DNA of 64,000 nt, taken from positions 160,001-224,000 of the IMG/VR virus record IMGVR_UViG_3300037722_000745; one strand, 5' to 3'. The position numbers were made by a program, and so were the translations under genes. Positions within the stretch are counted from its first letter, which is position 1. Every line of letters starts with the position of its first letter. Below, piece by piece: positions 20,151-29,481 of this stretch. This DNA is from a virus. Taxonomy: Duplodnaviria; Caudoviricetes. The notes under the pieces were generated by a model. That model ran no database searches and was not told where the DNA came from. It was given only the letters and a program-made list of their open reading frames with translations.

Positions 20151-21047
20151 TCACGTAATGTTCAAGGTCACAGTCACATCCACGCTCAGGTTCGAGCTGT
20201 AACCAGTGATCCTCAATGTCTCCGTGTATGTTCCAACAAGCATGCCATCCGAAGGTGCCACCAACACAGTGATCGGTTGTGAGGCCCCGCCGTTGAGTGA
20301 CCCGTAGGTCGGAGAGAAGCTGGCCAGCCAAGTGACCCCTTGCAGTCTCTTCACCTGGAAATCCAACACAGAGGCCGCCGGACCCGAGTTGGTCAACAAG
20401 ATCTGTTGGGACGGAATCGCTGGGAAGGACCCAGTTAGAGGGGCCGCCACATTGAAGGTCAGACTTGTAGGTGCAGGCGAGATCTCCGCCTTTGGTCGCA
20501 CTTCAACCGTCACCGGGATCGTCTGCGGGCTGTTCGGCGCATCCGAAGCTTGCACCGTCAGCTGAGCTGAGTACGGGCTCCCTGTCTCGAGCAAGTTGGT
20601 GCTGTCAACCTGCACATCAAAACTACCCGAGGCGTTCGCCACCAACGCCTCCACAGTGGCCGGTAACGGGTACACGTACGAAACGGATGACGTAACCGTC
20701 GCCGACAACAACGACCCCAGAATCCCATTGTTGGTCAGAAGAACGGACTTAGCGATTGACACCCCCCGACCCTCATCGACGACAAAAACCAAGGTCGTAG
20801 GAGACAAGAGGATGCTTGGCGTGTACGCCTGACGCACCTCATCGATCGAATCCGACATCGCCTTCGCCACATCACCGGGTATCGGCACCATGTCGCGCAG
20901 GAACCCGTACGGGGTGATCACGTCCCGGATCTCGGTCCTCACGACCGCTTGCGACACATCCACACGCGTCGTCCACCTCCAAGGCCCGTCAAGCAAAGTG
21001 ACCTGGAAGTGGTAATCCTGGTGTCGGAGTAGCGATTGACTAGACAA
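20151..21047 (-). CDS. Ig-like (BACON/ASH-type) domain protein
   Basis: Two beta-rich repeats (SP.(T/S)L.F....LTN.G....L....W....P..G.L..G.S..(F/I).V.V), typical of virion Ig-like domains. Confidence 0.6.
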   Translation of the reverse strand: MSSQSLLRHQDYHFQVTLLDGPWRWTTRVDVSQAVVRTEIRDVITPYGFLRDMVPIPGDVAKAMSDSIDEVRQAYTPSILLSPTTLVFVVDEGRGVSIAKSVLLTNNGILGSLLSATVTSSVSYVYPLPATVEALVANASGSFDVQVDSTNLLETGSPYSAQLTVQASDAPNSPQTIPVTVEVRPKAEISPAPTSLTFNVAAPLTGSFPAIPSQQILLTNSGPAASVLDFQVKRLQGVTWLASFSPTYGSLNGGASQPITVLVAPSDGMLVGTYTETLRITGYSSNLSVDVTVTLNIT

Positions 21048-21112
21048 GGATAGCCTCGTCTGATCGCACTATATAAAAGAAAACCCTGGATTTAGGACCT
21101 CACAGGGAAAGG

Positions 21113-21757
21113 TCAGAGGCAGCGATCCACACCACGATTCGCCCATTGAGGCAACTGCACCGCTCTCAGGATGTTGAACTTCTTGCTGCTGATCGACGAG
21201 AATATCTTGTGGTATGGGGTGTAGACCGAAATCTCGTCTCTGACTCCCGCCTGCTCGACTTCCCTCTTAAGGGTGTCAACAGCCTTGAAAAACCGGTGGC
21301 GCACACGACCCTGGGTCAACTGCAACTCCTTGGCGACCTCAGACTGGCAAGTCGTTTTCCACATACCGACCAAGATATTGATATCGATCTGCTCAAACAA
21401 ACCCTTCAAATCTTCCCGCATGTCCTCTTCCAGGACATCCGGTATAGACAAGAGGAACTTGATCCTCTGGATGCCGCGGTCCAAACGGTACGAGATGGCT
21501 GCCTGGGTCACGCCAAAAATAGTGGCAATATCCGCCTGCCTCTTCTTGCAGACGTAGTAGAGGTCGATCAGATCTGCCTCTCGCTTCGGTATTCGGTCAA
21601 GTAACGGCAGAATTCTAGTCTCGTAGTCATCGCCGGAGAACAACGCCTCCACCTCCTCAGCGTCCTCTCGCTCACACTCATCAAGGAGACTGTCAGGATC
21701 GGCGAAACGATTTGCCAGTTCGGCTGGGTCTACCGGAATCACGTATCCGCTTGACAT
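21113..21757 (-). CDS. Sigma-70 region-4-like transcription factor with two HTH domains
   Basis: LDRIPKREADLIDLYY...QADIATIFGVTQAAISYR and CQSEVAKELQLTQGRVRHRF; probable start ATG 21757 with AGGAGG about 9 nt upstream. Confidence 0.7.
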   Translation of the reverse strand: MSSGYVIPVDPAELANRFADPDSLLDECEREDAEEVEALFSGDDYETRILPLLDRIPKREADLIDLYYVCKKRQADIATIFGVTQAAISYRLDRGIQRIKFLLSIPDVLEEDMREDLKGLFEQIDINILVGMWKTTCQSEVAKELQLTQGRVRHRFFKAVDTLKREVEQAGVRDEISVYTPYHKIFSSISSKKFNILRAVQLPQWANRGVDRCL

Positions 21758-21794
21758 AGATCGCATCCTCCTGCGGCATAGCCGCTTTTCAAAC

Positions 21795-23591
21795 TCACGA
21801 CTCTGGGATCGTGAGCTGACGATCAAAGAACGCAGACACAATAGGACCGGGTTTGATCCCTAAGCCCTCTAACCTGCCCACGACTGTTGTTTGATCTGGA
21901 TTTGATTCGATCTTGGAAAAGGACACGTCCCGCAGCTTCAGCAAGTCCACGTTCTTTCGAACCTGATCTGCATGGGCCCGAAGATTCGAGACCTGAGCTT
22001 TTCCCAACCCTGCAAGGTTAGACCCCAACAGAGCCGACACAGTTCCGTACAGTTTGACTACCTTACCGGAGGTCTTCAACCCAAATCCAGGCACTCCCTG
22101 GATATTGTCCGAGCTGTCTCCGCTCAGAGCACGGAGTTGGACCATGCTCCCGGGTGGAACTCCGTACTCCTTCTCCACCAAGACTGGATCATAGAGCTTC
22201 TCTTTGCCAGCACCCACAGCAGGACAGAGCTGCTGCGTAAACTCCGACACCACTTGCAGAAGATCCCGATCCGTGGTGACCAGGACGTTAGGAGCGCCCG
22301 CAAGGTCGCCTCGAACCAAAGACGCCATCACATCATCAGCTTCTTCTTCGGGGTTGAAGGCTTGATGGACCCCTAATGATGGAAGAGTCTCTTGAAGCCA
22401 CTGCAACCCAAAAGGACGCTCCTCAGAACGAGATGACCGATTGGCTTTGTACGCAGGGTCCATCCTCTTACGGCGTTGGGATGACCCGTCCCAACACACA
22501 TACACAACAGCTCCAGGGAACCTCTTCTTATACGAGCCGAGACTCCTGAGAAAACCGACGATACCACCCGTAGGGCGTCCCTGGTCATCAGTGAGAGAGC
22601 TTAGACCAGGAGCCTCTGAGCACCTGATGTAAAGTTGGGTACCGTCAACGATCAAATTCACGGGTCTGGTCTCTGTCATGCGACTCACGTCTGAGTAGAT
22701 AGTTAGGATTCGTTCAAGAACTGACGTGAGAAAGATCAACTCACGTTGCTTTCTCTCCACCAGATGCACATCAGGAAGGGGGTTCGACAAGGCTACGACC
22801 TGACCTTGCAGCATTAGCCCAGAACACAACCGTTGGAACTCGGTCCATTTCAGATACACGAGACTCAAATCGACTTGAGTGTGGTAGGCCGCAACAAACC
22901 GATAGATCGTAGAGATGCGATTCAACCAGGACTCACAACAAACATACGAGCTAACCGCATTGTAGAATATCTCGATAGGGACCCTAGGCCATTGGAGCAA
23001 GCACTGTGCCGCCCGTATCCAAGATTGAACTGATTCCAGACGAGGTCGATACACGATCAGAGGCGACTTGTGGAGCAGGCGAAGAAACGCCCTGGGCATC
23101 GTGACCAACCGATCAGTCGATCTCAGTTGGATATGCACCGTCACGGCGTCCTGCTCTCTGATTTCCTCTTTGACCACCGCTGAGATGCTTTTGTAGGGTC
23201 CGGAGGTAATTAGAACAGTGTCGCCAATCTCAATCCCCTGATCGACCTCAGCCTTGATCTGTCTCCTCAACTGATCAATCTGAGACTGAGGAACGGTGGC
23301 TATCTTTCTCTCACGCTTAGGCCCCTTCGAGATGTACAAAGGACTCTGTACGTACTTGGTGTCTTCCAACCGGGCATACTGCCCGGGAGAGTGCCGATCG
23401 AGGATAAAGGCGTAACCCTCCATCAGGTAGTGGTAGACACGTTGCTCCCCCCTCTGCACAATCGACGCAGGCACAAAAACCTCAGCATCCCGGATGTGAT
23501 GCCGGATAGAAGCTCGAACCAAATCGGGGTCCTCGCTCTCCGCCTTGGCTGACAACTCAAGTACCACCCACTGTGCGCCTGGCGATTGCAT
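21795..23591 (-). CDS. NusG-like (NGN+KOW) fused to 5'-3' exonuclease (FEN/PolI-type)
   Basis: N-terminal WVVLEL..VFVP..MEGYAFI and KOW GDTVLITSGPYK; C-terminal IVDG, WDG, YKANR, EADD, DRDLLQ, GDSSDNIQGVPGFG. Confidence 0.8.
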   Translation of the reverse strand: MQSPGAQWVVLELSAKAESEDPDLVRASIRHHIRDAEVFVPASIVQRGEQRVYHYLMEGYAFILDRHSPGQYARLEDTKYVQSPLYISKGPKRERKIATVPQSQIDQLRRQIKAEVDQGIEIGDTVLITSGPYKSISAVVKEEIREQDAVTVHIQLRSTDRLVTMPRAFLRLLHKSPLIVYRPRLESVQSWIRAAQCLLQWPRVPIEIFYNAVSSYVCCESWLNRISTIYRFVAAYHTQVDLSLVYLKWTEFQRLCSGLMLQGQVVALSNPLPDVHLVERKQRELIFLTSVLERILTIYSDVSRMTETRPVNLIVDGTQLYIRCSEAPGLSSLTDDQGRPTGGIVGFLRSLGSYKKRFPGAVVYVCWDGSSQRRKRMDPAYKANRSSRSEERPFGLQWLQETLPSLGVHQAFNPEEEADDVMASLVRGDLAGAPNVLVTTDRDLLQVVSEFTQQLCPAVGAGKEKLYDPVLVEKEYGVPPGSMVQLRALSGDSSDNIQGVPGFGLKTSGKVVKLYGTVSALLGSNLAGLGKAQVSNLRAHADQVRKNVDLLKLRDVSFSKIESNPDQTTVVGRLEGLGIKPGPIVSAFFDRQLTIPES

Positions 23592-23626
23592 TCCTCTATT
23601 CTCGTGTGCCTACACTGTAACTTAGC

Positions 23627-24925
23627 TTACGGCAACCTCACCGGCGTTCTTTTCCGAAGGGTGTGCTCAAAAAGCTGTCTCCACTCTCTCGGAGACATGT
23701 TTCTCGGCTTCGAGCGTTCCGTTGAGAAGGAACTCACTGACCTTCGTTGGCGCGGCATGGGGACGTTAACGACCTGCCTCTCCAAGTCCGTGTAGTCGTC
23801 CACAGGCTCGACTGGCGCCTTAGGACCAACGCTAGTCGCCTCAACCGAAACGCTCGTCTCTGACGTCGGAGGGGGCACTGCTGTCGGCAAGTGATCCCGA
23901 GTGTGGCTAAAAACAACTATATCTCTCGTCAAACTCAATTTACTCGGGTACTTGGAACTCAGAAACCAATGCGCAAACCTCACAACCTGGTCCCCATACA
24001 GCTTGTACACAGACTCAGCTAACTCAGCATCCACAAACGCAAAGTCTGTGTGCATCCGATGAGCCAGCCGATACGAGTTCATGGCTGCTTCAGCTAGACC
24101 TGCTGCCACATCTTCCGGAGCAACCTGCTCACAGACCCGATCCAAGAACTCAATCGACTTGGACGGCTCCGACAAGCTCAACAGGATTTGGTAGTACAAC
24201 GTGATTGACGACAGATTGAGGTACTCGCGGACATTGTCGACCGTCACCGGCCCCAACTGCGAGATCATCTCCAACTTGTTGACGACATCGCGAACATGAC
24301 CACCCGAATGGTCGATCACGATCAGCACCGCATCATCCTGAGATTCGACCCCCTCCTTCTCCAAGATCATCCTCATCCGCGTGAGAATATCCTCCCTCGA
24401 GACCTTACGGATTGTGTACTCCTCACAACGAGATCGGATTGGACCCCGCACCTTCCCCGCCTCAGTGGTGCAGAACATACCGACCATCTTCTTCTCCTCG
24501 AGAGGCTTAAGGAGAACATCCTGAGCAGCGATGCTCATTCGATGCGCCTCATCGAAGAGATAGATTCTCTTCTTGGCATTAGGTAGGACGTACGCCAACT
24601 CCTCAACGATTGCCCGAATATGGTCAACCGTTCCCTGGCTCGCTGCGTCGCGCTCTACAAACGCTCCAGGACCATCGCTCAAAAACGATTTGCAGTTGTC
24701 GCACTCGTTGCAGGGCTCCGGATCACTGCTGTCAAGACTCTGGCACAGCATCGCCCGAGCGTAGATACGACTCAACGTTGTCTTCCCACGCCCGAAGGCA
24801 CCCGAGAAGATATACGACGTGTCGAATGCCGTCCCGTTCCTCAATCGAGACTTGAGAAGCTGAACAGTGCCTTCTTGCCCTAAGACATCACTGAACCGGA
24901 AGGGTCTATACCTCGTGTCCCACAC
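23627..24925 (-). CDS. dnaX: DNA polymerase III subunit gamma/tau (clamp loader)
   Basis: YRP..FSDVLGQ, G..GRGKTTLSR, PCNECDNC, DEAHRM, LLKPLEE, IRSRC. Confidence 0.92.
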   Translation of the reverse strand: MWDTRYRPFRFSDVLGQEGTVQLLKSRLRNGTAFDTSYIFSGAFGRGKTTLSRIYARAMLCQSLDSSDPEPCNECDNCKSFLSDGPGAFVERDAASQGTVDHIRAIVEELAYVLPNAKKRIYLFDEAHRMSIAAQDVLLKPLEEKKMVGMFCTTEAGKVRGPIRSRCEEYTIRKVSREDILTRMRMILEKEGVESQDDAVLIVIDHSGGHVRDVVNKLEMISQLGPVTVDNVREYLNLSSITLYYQILLSLSEPSKSIEFLDRVCEQVAPEDVAAGLAEAAMNSYRLAHRMHTDFAFVDAELAESVYKLYGDQVVRFAHWFLSSKYPSKLSLTRDIVVFSHTRDHLPTAVPPPTSETSVSVEATSVGPKAPVEPVDDYTDLERQVVNVPMPRQRRSVSSFSTERSKPRNMSPREWRQLFEHTLRKRTPVRLP

Positions 24926-24927
24926 GA

Positions 24928-25413
24928 CTAGTCTTCGCTCTGCCGGACCTCAGCATCCGTGACTTCCTGCACACGGGCCTGGATATTCAGCCTCTGTGCC
25001 ACCTCCACCATTCCCACCAACCTGTCGTTCCACGCTCCATGGCGATGCAGCACTGACGTGAACTCTTGAATGTCCGGTGTCCGCATGGACCATCGCATTT
25101 CACCAGTGTCCTCGTCCTCTACGCCGGTGCAGAGTTCCAACAAGTGGTCCACCAGCGCTTCACGTTGGCTCATACCCGCTTCGTTCCATTGATCAAGCGC
25201 CACGGTGATGAGGAAGTCCTTCCCGAGCAAGAACTCCATCTCTCCGGTTAGACGCCTAGCCTTCCCCAATACCGGTTGCCCGTTCTTTTGACTAGCCCGA
25301 TCGACGAAGACGTACTCAATCTTCGCAGTAGCCAACTCTGAATGGTAAGTAGGGATGATCTTCCCTGCGATCTCCTCTACTTCCTCTGCCGATCCGTACA
25401 GTTTCTGGGCCAT
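24928..25413 (-). CDS. Putative phage metallopeptidase-like protein (degenerate HExxH)
   Basis: VLGKAR, DFLITV, W...QREALVDHLLELC, PDIQEF..V..RHGAW. Confidence 0.6.
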   Translation of the reverse strand: MAQKLYGSAEEVEEIAGKIIPTYHSELATAKIEYVFVDRASQKNGQPVLGKARRLTGEMEFLLGKDFLITVALDQWNEAGMSQREALVDHLLELCTGVEDEDTGEMRWSMRTPDIQEFTSVLHRHGAWNDRLVGMVEVAQRLNIQARVQEVTDAEVRQSED

Positions 25414-25422
25414 CCATGTCTC

Positions 25423-26136
25423 CTATTCTTGCAAGGTAAAAAGGTCTGCTTGAGCCAGCACCGAGTGTACAAACGGAATCACCTGGGCATCGCCCAAGGC
25501 TTCCCATAAGTCACCAGGATCTTTGATCTGCGCACCGTTTACCCTTGGATAGTCGACCGTATACACCTGAAACTCATGACCGTGATCTTTTTGGAACTTC
25601 GAGCAGCCCGACCTCCCAGGTGAGTCCATATCGTACCCCAACCACACTCTACGAACGATCCGCCGAAACACCCTCACCGCAGACTGACTAGCGTGGGCAG
25701 TCAAGGTCGCTACCACGGCTGGCATCGCACGCTGAATAGGGAACAGGTCGAACGCTCCCTCAACCAAATACACGGATCGTGTTGCCCACATCGCCTCGAC
25801 TGCCTGATGGAGCCCAAACAAACACGCCTCTCCTCTGCGGTCCAAGAAGTAGTCCATGTACCTCGAACGACCGCGGTCTACATGTCGGAACTGGAAACCG
25901 CGAACCTCCCCAAGGGTCGTTGTCAGCGGTAAGACGAACACATCATCGAGCTTCTTCCCACCCTTGGCCCAGTTCAGGAAATGCTTCGGTAGACCGGGGA
26001 TCAGCTCCCGATCCAAGTACCCCACCCGATAGAGTCGGGCCTGCTCATCTGATACCCCTCGAGCTAACAGCGACTCCCGAACACGGTCCGAAAGCTGAGA
26101 CTCTGCAAACGCTGTGAGGTCTTCAGGCCACCCCAT
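25423..26136 (-). CDS. DNA primase (TOPRIM, no Zn-binding domain visible)
   Basis: FVLPL..GEVRGFQFR, YLVEGAFD, GYDMDSPG, KDPGD. Confidence 0.8.
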   Translation of the reverse strand: MGWPEDLTAFAESQLSDRVRESLLARGVSDEQARLYRVGYLDRELIPGLPKHFLNWAKGGKKLDDVFVLPLTTTLGEVRGFQFRHVDRGRSRYMDYFLDRRGEACLFGLHQAVEAMWATRSVYLVEGAFDLFPIQRAMPAVVATLTAHASQSAVRVFRRIVRRVWLGYDMDSPGRSGCSKFQKDHGHEFQVYTVDYPRVNGAQIKDPGDLWEALGDAQVIPFVHSVLAQADLFTLQE

Positions 26137-26145
26137 AAAATCGCC

Positions 26146-26153
26146 CTACACCA
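26146..26153 (-). promoter_or_regulatory. GGTGTAG motif 9 nt upstream of primase ATG
   Basis: TGGTGTAG-GGCGATTTT-ATG(26136). Confidence 0.55.
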
Positions 26154-26155
26154 CT

Positions 26156-26707
26156 TCATGGGACCACCACCACGAACACTTTGTCCACGCGATAAGCCAG
26201 GATGCCCACGTAGTTGCCTATACGAGTGTACACCCCTGAAGCCACAGGACCTGCGGATACAAGAGCCGCTCCCGGAGGTAGCTCCGAAACGAGGCATCGC
26301 AGTCCTGTCTCCAGGGCCTCAGGCGCCACTACGACCGCTGGACGGACTCCCCTTAGGGTCATCAGCTCACAAGCCTCAGAGACGGTCCTAACCGTCCCCC
26401 AGCCCTCGCGTTCAGCCTCTCGCACCAACGTTTGGTAGAACACCCGAAACAGCGCCGGCTCTTGGTCCAAGGCGCACTCAGAATAACCGTACCGGGCTGT
26501 TCCCGCTCGAGACACCCGAGTCCGCAGGAACCCTCCTCGCATATTCGTCGCTAGTAGAGGTTCGATGTCTCCATCAGCCACATCGATCTCAGTAATTGCC
26601 GGCACCGAGAAGCCCACCTCTCCGGCCCGAGGACGATGGCGCTCGACTGTGAAGAGCTGCGACAGCGCAGAAAACACCGGTTCAGATGTCATCCGCCCAC
26701 TGATCAT
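26156..26707 (-). CDS. Hypothetical protein
   Basis: 183 aa ORF preceded by the TGTA-N-N9 motif. Confidence 0.65.
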   Translation of the reverse strand: MISGRMTSEPVFSALSQLFTVERHRPRAGEVGFSVPAITEIDVADGDIEPLLATNMRGGFLRTRVSRAGTARYGYSECALDQEPALFRVFYQTLVREAEREGWGTVRTVSEACELMTLRGVRPAVVVAPEALETGLRCLVSELPPGAALVSAGPVASGVYTRIGNYVGILAYRVDKVFVVVVP

Positions 26708-26762
26708 AGTGCTGCCATACAGGGTGAGCCGTTTTGAAGTCCGGGTGCGTACTGCAACTGTC

Positions 26763-27320
26763 TCATGGACTTAGTTTTGGAGTCTCCACCCGAACCAAAG
26801 GATCCGGACGAACCCTGAGAAGACGGTACCACAACGCCACCCACCACGGTAGAGGTGGAGCCACTTGTGACCCGAGAGCCCAGAGCAAACCATAGACTTC
26901 TGGTAGCTCCGAAACGAGCCACTTCAAGTCCTTGATTTGAGTCTGGAACTCCTCTTTGATGCCTTCCTTCGTCAGACCAGAGTCAAAGTAAGGACATCGT
27001 TGAGCATCGATGGGATCCTCACATATTGCCCCTCGCCACTCTGTCGGGTCTTCGGCACCCAACATACATAACCCAATGACCGGAAGTCGTTCGCCCCCCA
27101 CGCGGTTGTAGGTTTCGTTCACTTCCCCATCGACTTGCTTCCGCAGGTCCAAAGGTTGAATGTGGTTGTGCACACAACGCCTAGGAAGTCGAACCCCCGC
27201 TTCCTGGATTCTCCGCTCCAACTCTTGGGTCAACAGATACCGGATCCGGTTTTGGACTTCATCTTCAGAGCGCATGGCCTGCCTCCCGTCGAAGCTGCAA
27301 GTAGCGTACCCCGTCGGCAT
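26763..27320 (-). CDS. Cys-containing hypothetical protein (probable start 27275)
   Basis: ATG at 27275 overlaps the stop of the upstream gene. Confidence 0.6.
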   Translation of the reverse strand: MPTGYATCSFDGRQAMRSEDEVQNRIRYLLTQELERRIQEAGVRLPRRCVHNHIQPLDLRKQVDGEVNETYNRVGGERLPVIGLCMLGAEDPTEWRGAICEDPIDAQRCPYFDSGLTKEGIKEEFQTQIKDLKWLVSELPEVYGLLWALGSQVAPPLPWWVALWYRLLRVRPDPLVRVETPKLSP

Positions 27321-27942
27321 CAGTTTCCGCGGACCCTGTATACCCGATCACAGCATGATCGAGAAACGCTCGATTGTGAGTCACGAGCAAAATTGTGATA
27401 CCAGTCTTACGTGCCAAACCCCGTAGGAAAAGACCAGTCTGATCCACATAGTCCACCGAGACCGCAGCCAAGGTCTCATCCATCACCAACAGTGGCCACT
27501 TCTTTAGCCGCCGGAGAGCCAGAACTTTCAGAATGAGCGAGGCGATACTCGCCGGACCTCCGCCGAAGGCTTCCAGCGGATGGGCTCGAACCGAAACCCG
27601 CTGATTGTCCTCTCGGATGAAGAAGTCGATCGCCAACTTGTTGTAGCGTTGGCTGACTTCCGCTTCAAATGTCAAGTCTTGATCAACGAAGATGGTTTGC
27701 AGGCCCTCTGTGATCACATTCTCGATGGATTGGACATGATCTAGCACTAGGAGATCCATGAGAGCCCGAAACAACTCTCCAACCTTCGTCAATCGATCCA
27801 GTTTCTCTGAAAGGCCATCCACCTCCTTCAGCCGCGAAGACAGATCCCGTTGGAGCTGCCCTCGCAGAGCTTGGAGGCCAGAAGATTTCTCCCTGAGCGA
27901 CTTCAGCCGGATCTGCCCGGCGCGTATCTCGTCACTGCGCAC
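27265..27942 (-). CDS. SbcC/Rad50-like ABC ATPase, C-terminal half
   Basis: Coiled coil, then signature-like FGGG, Walker B LLVMDE, H-loop LLVTHN; no Walker A. Confidence 0.8.
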   Translation of the reverse strand: MRSDEIRAGQIRLKSLREKSSGLQALRGQLQRDLSSRLKEVDGLSEKLDRLTKVGELFRALMDLLVLDHVQSIENVITEGLQTIFVDQDLTFEAEVSQRYNKLAIDFFIREDNQRVSVRAHPLEAFGGGPASIASLILKVLALRRLKKWPLLVMDETLAAVSVDYVDQTGLFLRGLARKTGITILLVTHNRAFLDHAVIGYTGSAETDADGVRYLQLRREAGHAL

Positions 27943-29168
27943 TGGTGTGTCCCTTCCGGCACCTGTTCAACCCCGCTTCCTCCGACCACCGCCCCGGTAG
28001 CCTCATCTAGAAGAAACACGTCAATCGTCCGGAACAAATAGGTGGTCTTACCGTGATCTGGAGTGGCCCGAATACGGAACTCTACTCGGGCCCCCTTTGT
28101 GCCACGAAACAGGTCCAGAAGATACGAGACGTTGACGTTCGCCGTAATCGGGTCTTCGACCTTACAGGTGTCGATCGAATCGATCGCGACTGGCAGGCTA
28201 GTGGCCTGAACCGCCTCGTCTACGCTAGAGAACCAGAAGACTTTCCTTGCCGGGTCAAAGTGCAAACGAACCTTGGTTTGATCCTTCGGGATCGCCGCAC
28301 GCATGAACTGAAGTTGTTCGCGCATAGCTTCAGTGTCCACTTGCGTTATGATGTCATCGTCCAAGTTGAAATAGACGAACCCCTTGTGCACCTCCGCCGT
28401 ACGAGGCCACCCCAGCACATCCCCCTGCGCGTTCTCCGCATAGTAGATATCGGGCAGGGTGTAGACCTTCAGCAACCCCGTCGTCTTACCTAGGAACTTC
28501 TCCAACAGCCCCCCGCCAGGGATCACCAGGCTCTTGTCCTTGAACGCTTCGGTCTTGAAAAAGAACTGACACTTACTATTCATCGCGTAGAGAGTGCCAT
28601 TGACCTTGGCCGCCTGAGAAGGATCGTCCCCAGAGTCAAAGATCTGAATGACTTTGTGCACCTCTGGGGCAACCTTATCGTTATCAGGGGTCGCTATCTC
28701 CCTCGCATGGGGAACTGCTTCCTGAAGCAGTGCAATTGGATACACCTTAGGCTCCTGGTCCCTCACTGCATCAGCGATCTTGCGCTCGAACATCGCCATT
28801 GTTCCAGGGTTGAAAGACACTCGATCGACCTCTCCAGAGGCTCCGAAGCGGTACACGACCTTGTAACTATCCCCTTCCATCCCAACACTGAACTGGATAG
28901 GGCCCTTGATGAAGTTGAACTCGTCGGAGTTCTCCGCCGGGTACATGAAAGCGCCTTCCCCACTCACCTCAGTGATCGGGAAGGACGACCGAGCTTGAAA
29001 TGCAGCTCCAGACCCAGACCCTCGTGAGTAGACCCTGCACACCTCGCCTTGGACCACCATCAGGTACCCACGACTTTGAGTCGCATCCGTCCCTTGTGGT
29101 TGGACAATCGAGACCGTTTTGAGGGCTCTCTTCAGAGCACTCGCATCCACTGTGAATTTGATGTCCAT
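27903..29168 (-). CDS. Sliding clamp (DNA pol III beta-like)
   Basis: N-terminal KFTVDASALKRALKTV, three-domain length, NVSYLLDLF motif; clamp-loader genes nearby. Confidence 0.6.
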   Translation of the reverse strand: MDIKFTVDASALKRALKTVSIVQPQGTDATQSRGYLMVVQGEVCRVYSRGSGSGAAFQARSSFPITEVSGEGAFMYPAENSDEFNFIKGPIQFSVGMEGDSYKVVYRFGASGEVDRVSFNPGTMAMFERKIADAVRDQEPKVYPIALLQEAVPHAREIATPDNDKVAPEVHKVIQIFDSGDDPSQAAKVNGTLYAMNSKCQFFFKTEAFKDKSLVIPGGGLLEKFLGKTTGLLKVYTLPDIYYAENAQGDVLGWPRTAEVHKGFVYFNLDDDIITQVDTEAMREQLQFMRAAIPKDQTKVRLHFDPARKVFWFSSVDEAVQATSLPVAIDSIDTCKVEDPITANVNVSYLLDLFRGTKGARVEFRIRATPDHGKTTYLFRTIDVFLLDEATGAVVGGSGVEQVPEGTHQCAVTRYAPGRSG

Positions 29169-29172
29169 CTAG

Positions 29173-29466
29173 TTAGTTTTCCTTTTGGTTGAAGGATGAC
29201 AACGCCGTCTCCACCTCTGTCAACTCCGCATCAAGCTTAGAGATGATTCTCTTCAGCTCCTCTCGAGCTTGATCCCTCTCTCTAGAGATGTGTTTAGGAT
29301 CGTACCCTGCATCACGGATCTCCTGCACCACCGTAGCGAGTTCTTCTTTCTTAGCCTTGAGTTCCCCACTCAGCTCAGCTTTCGCTTTGGACGCCTTGTT
29401 CCACCGTTTTTGAAGATCCTCGATCTGCTGTTTGATGATGTCATCGTCGTCGGGCATTCCACACAC
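29173..29466 (-). CDS. Small coiled-coil protein
   Basis: 97 aa with heptad pattern, lying between the split SbcC halves. Confidence 0.6.
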   Translation of the reverse strand: MCGMPDDDDIIKQQIEDLQKRWNKASKAKAELSGELKAKKEELATVVQEIRDAGYDPKHISRERDQAREELKRIISKLDAELTEVETALSSFNQKEN

Positions 29467-29481
29467 CTCGTTAGAGCCAGT

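Noticed and set aside
28233-28241. 9-nt match (CCAGAAGAC) to the mini-array spacer seed in the clamp gene
   Set aside because: Upstream triplet GAA is not a CasPhi-type PAM; a 9-mer is expected about 0.5 times by chance.
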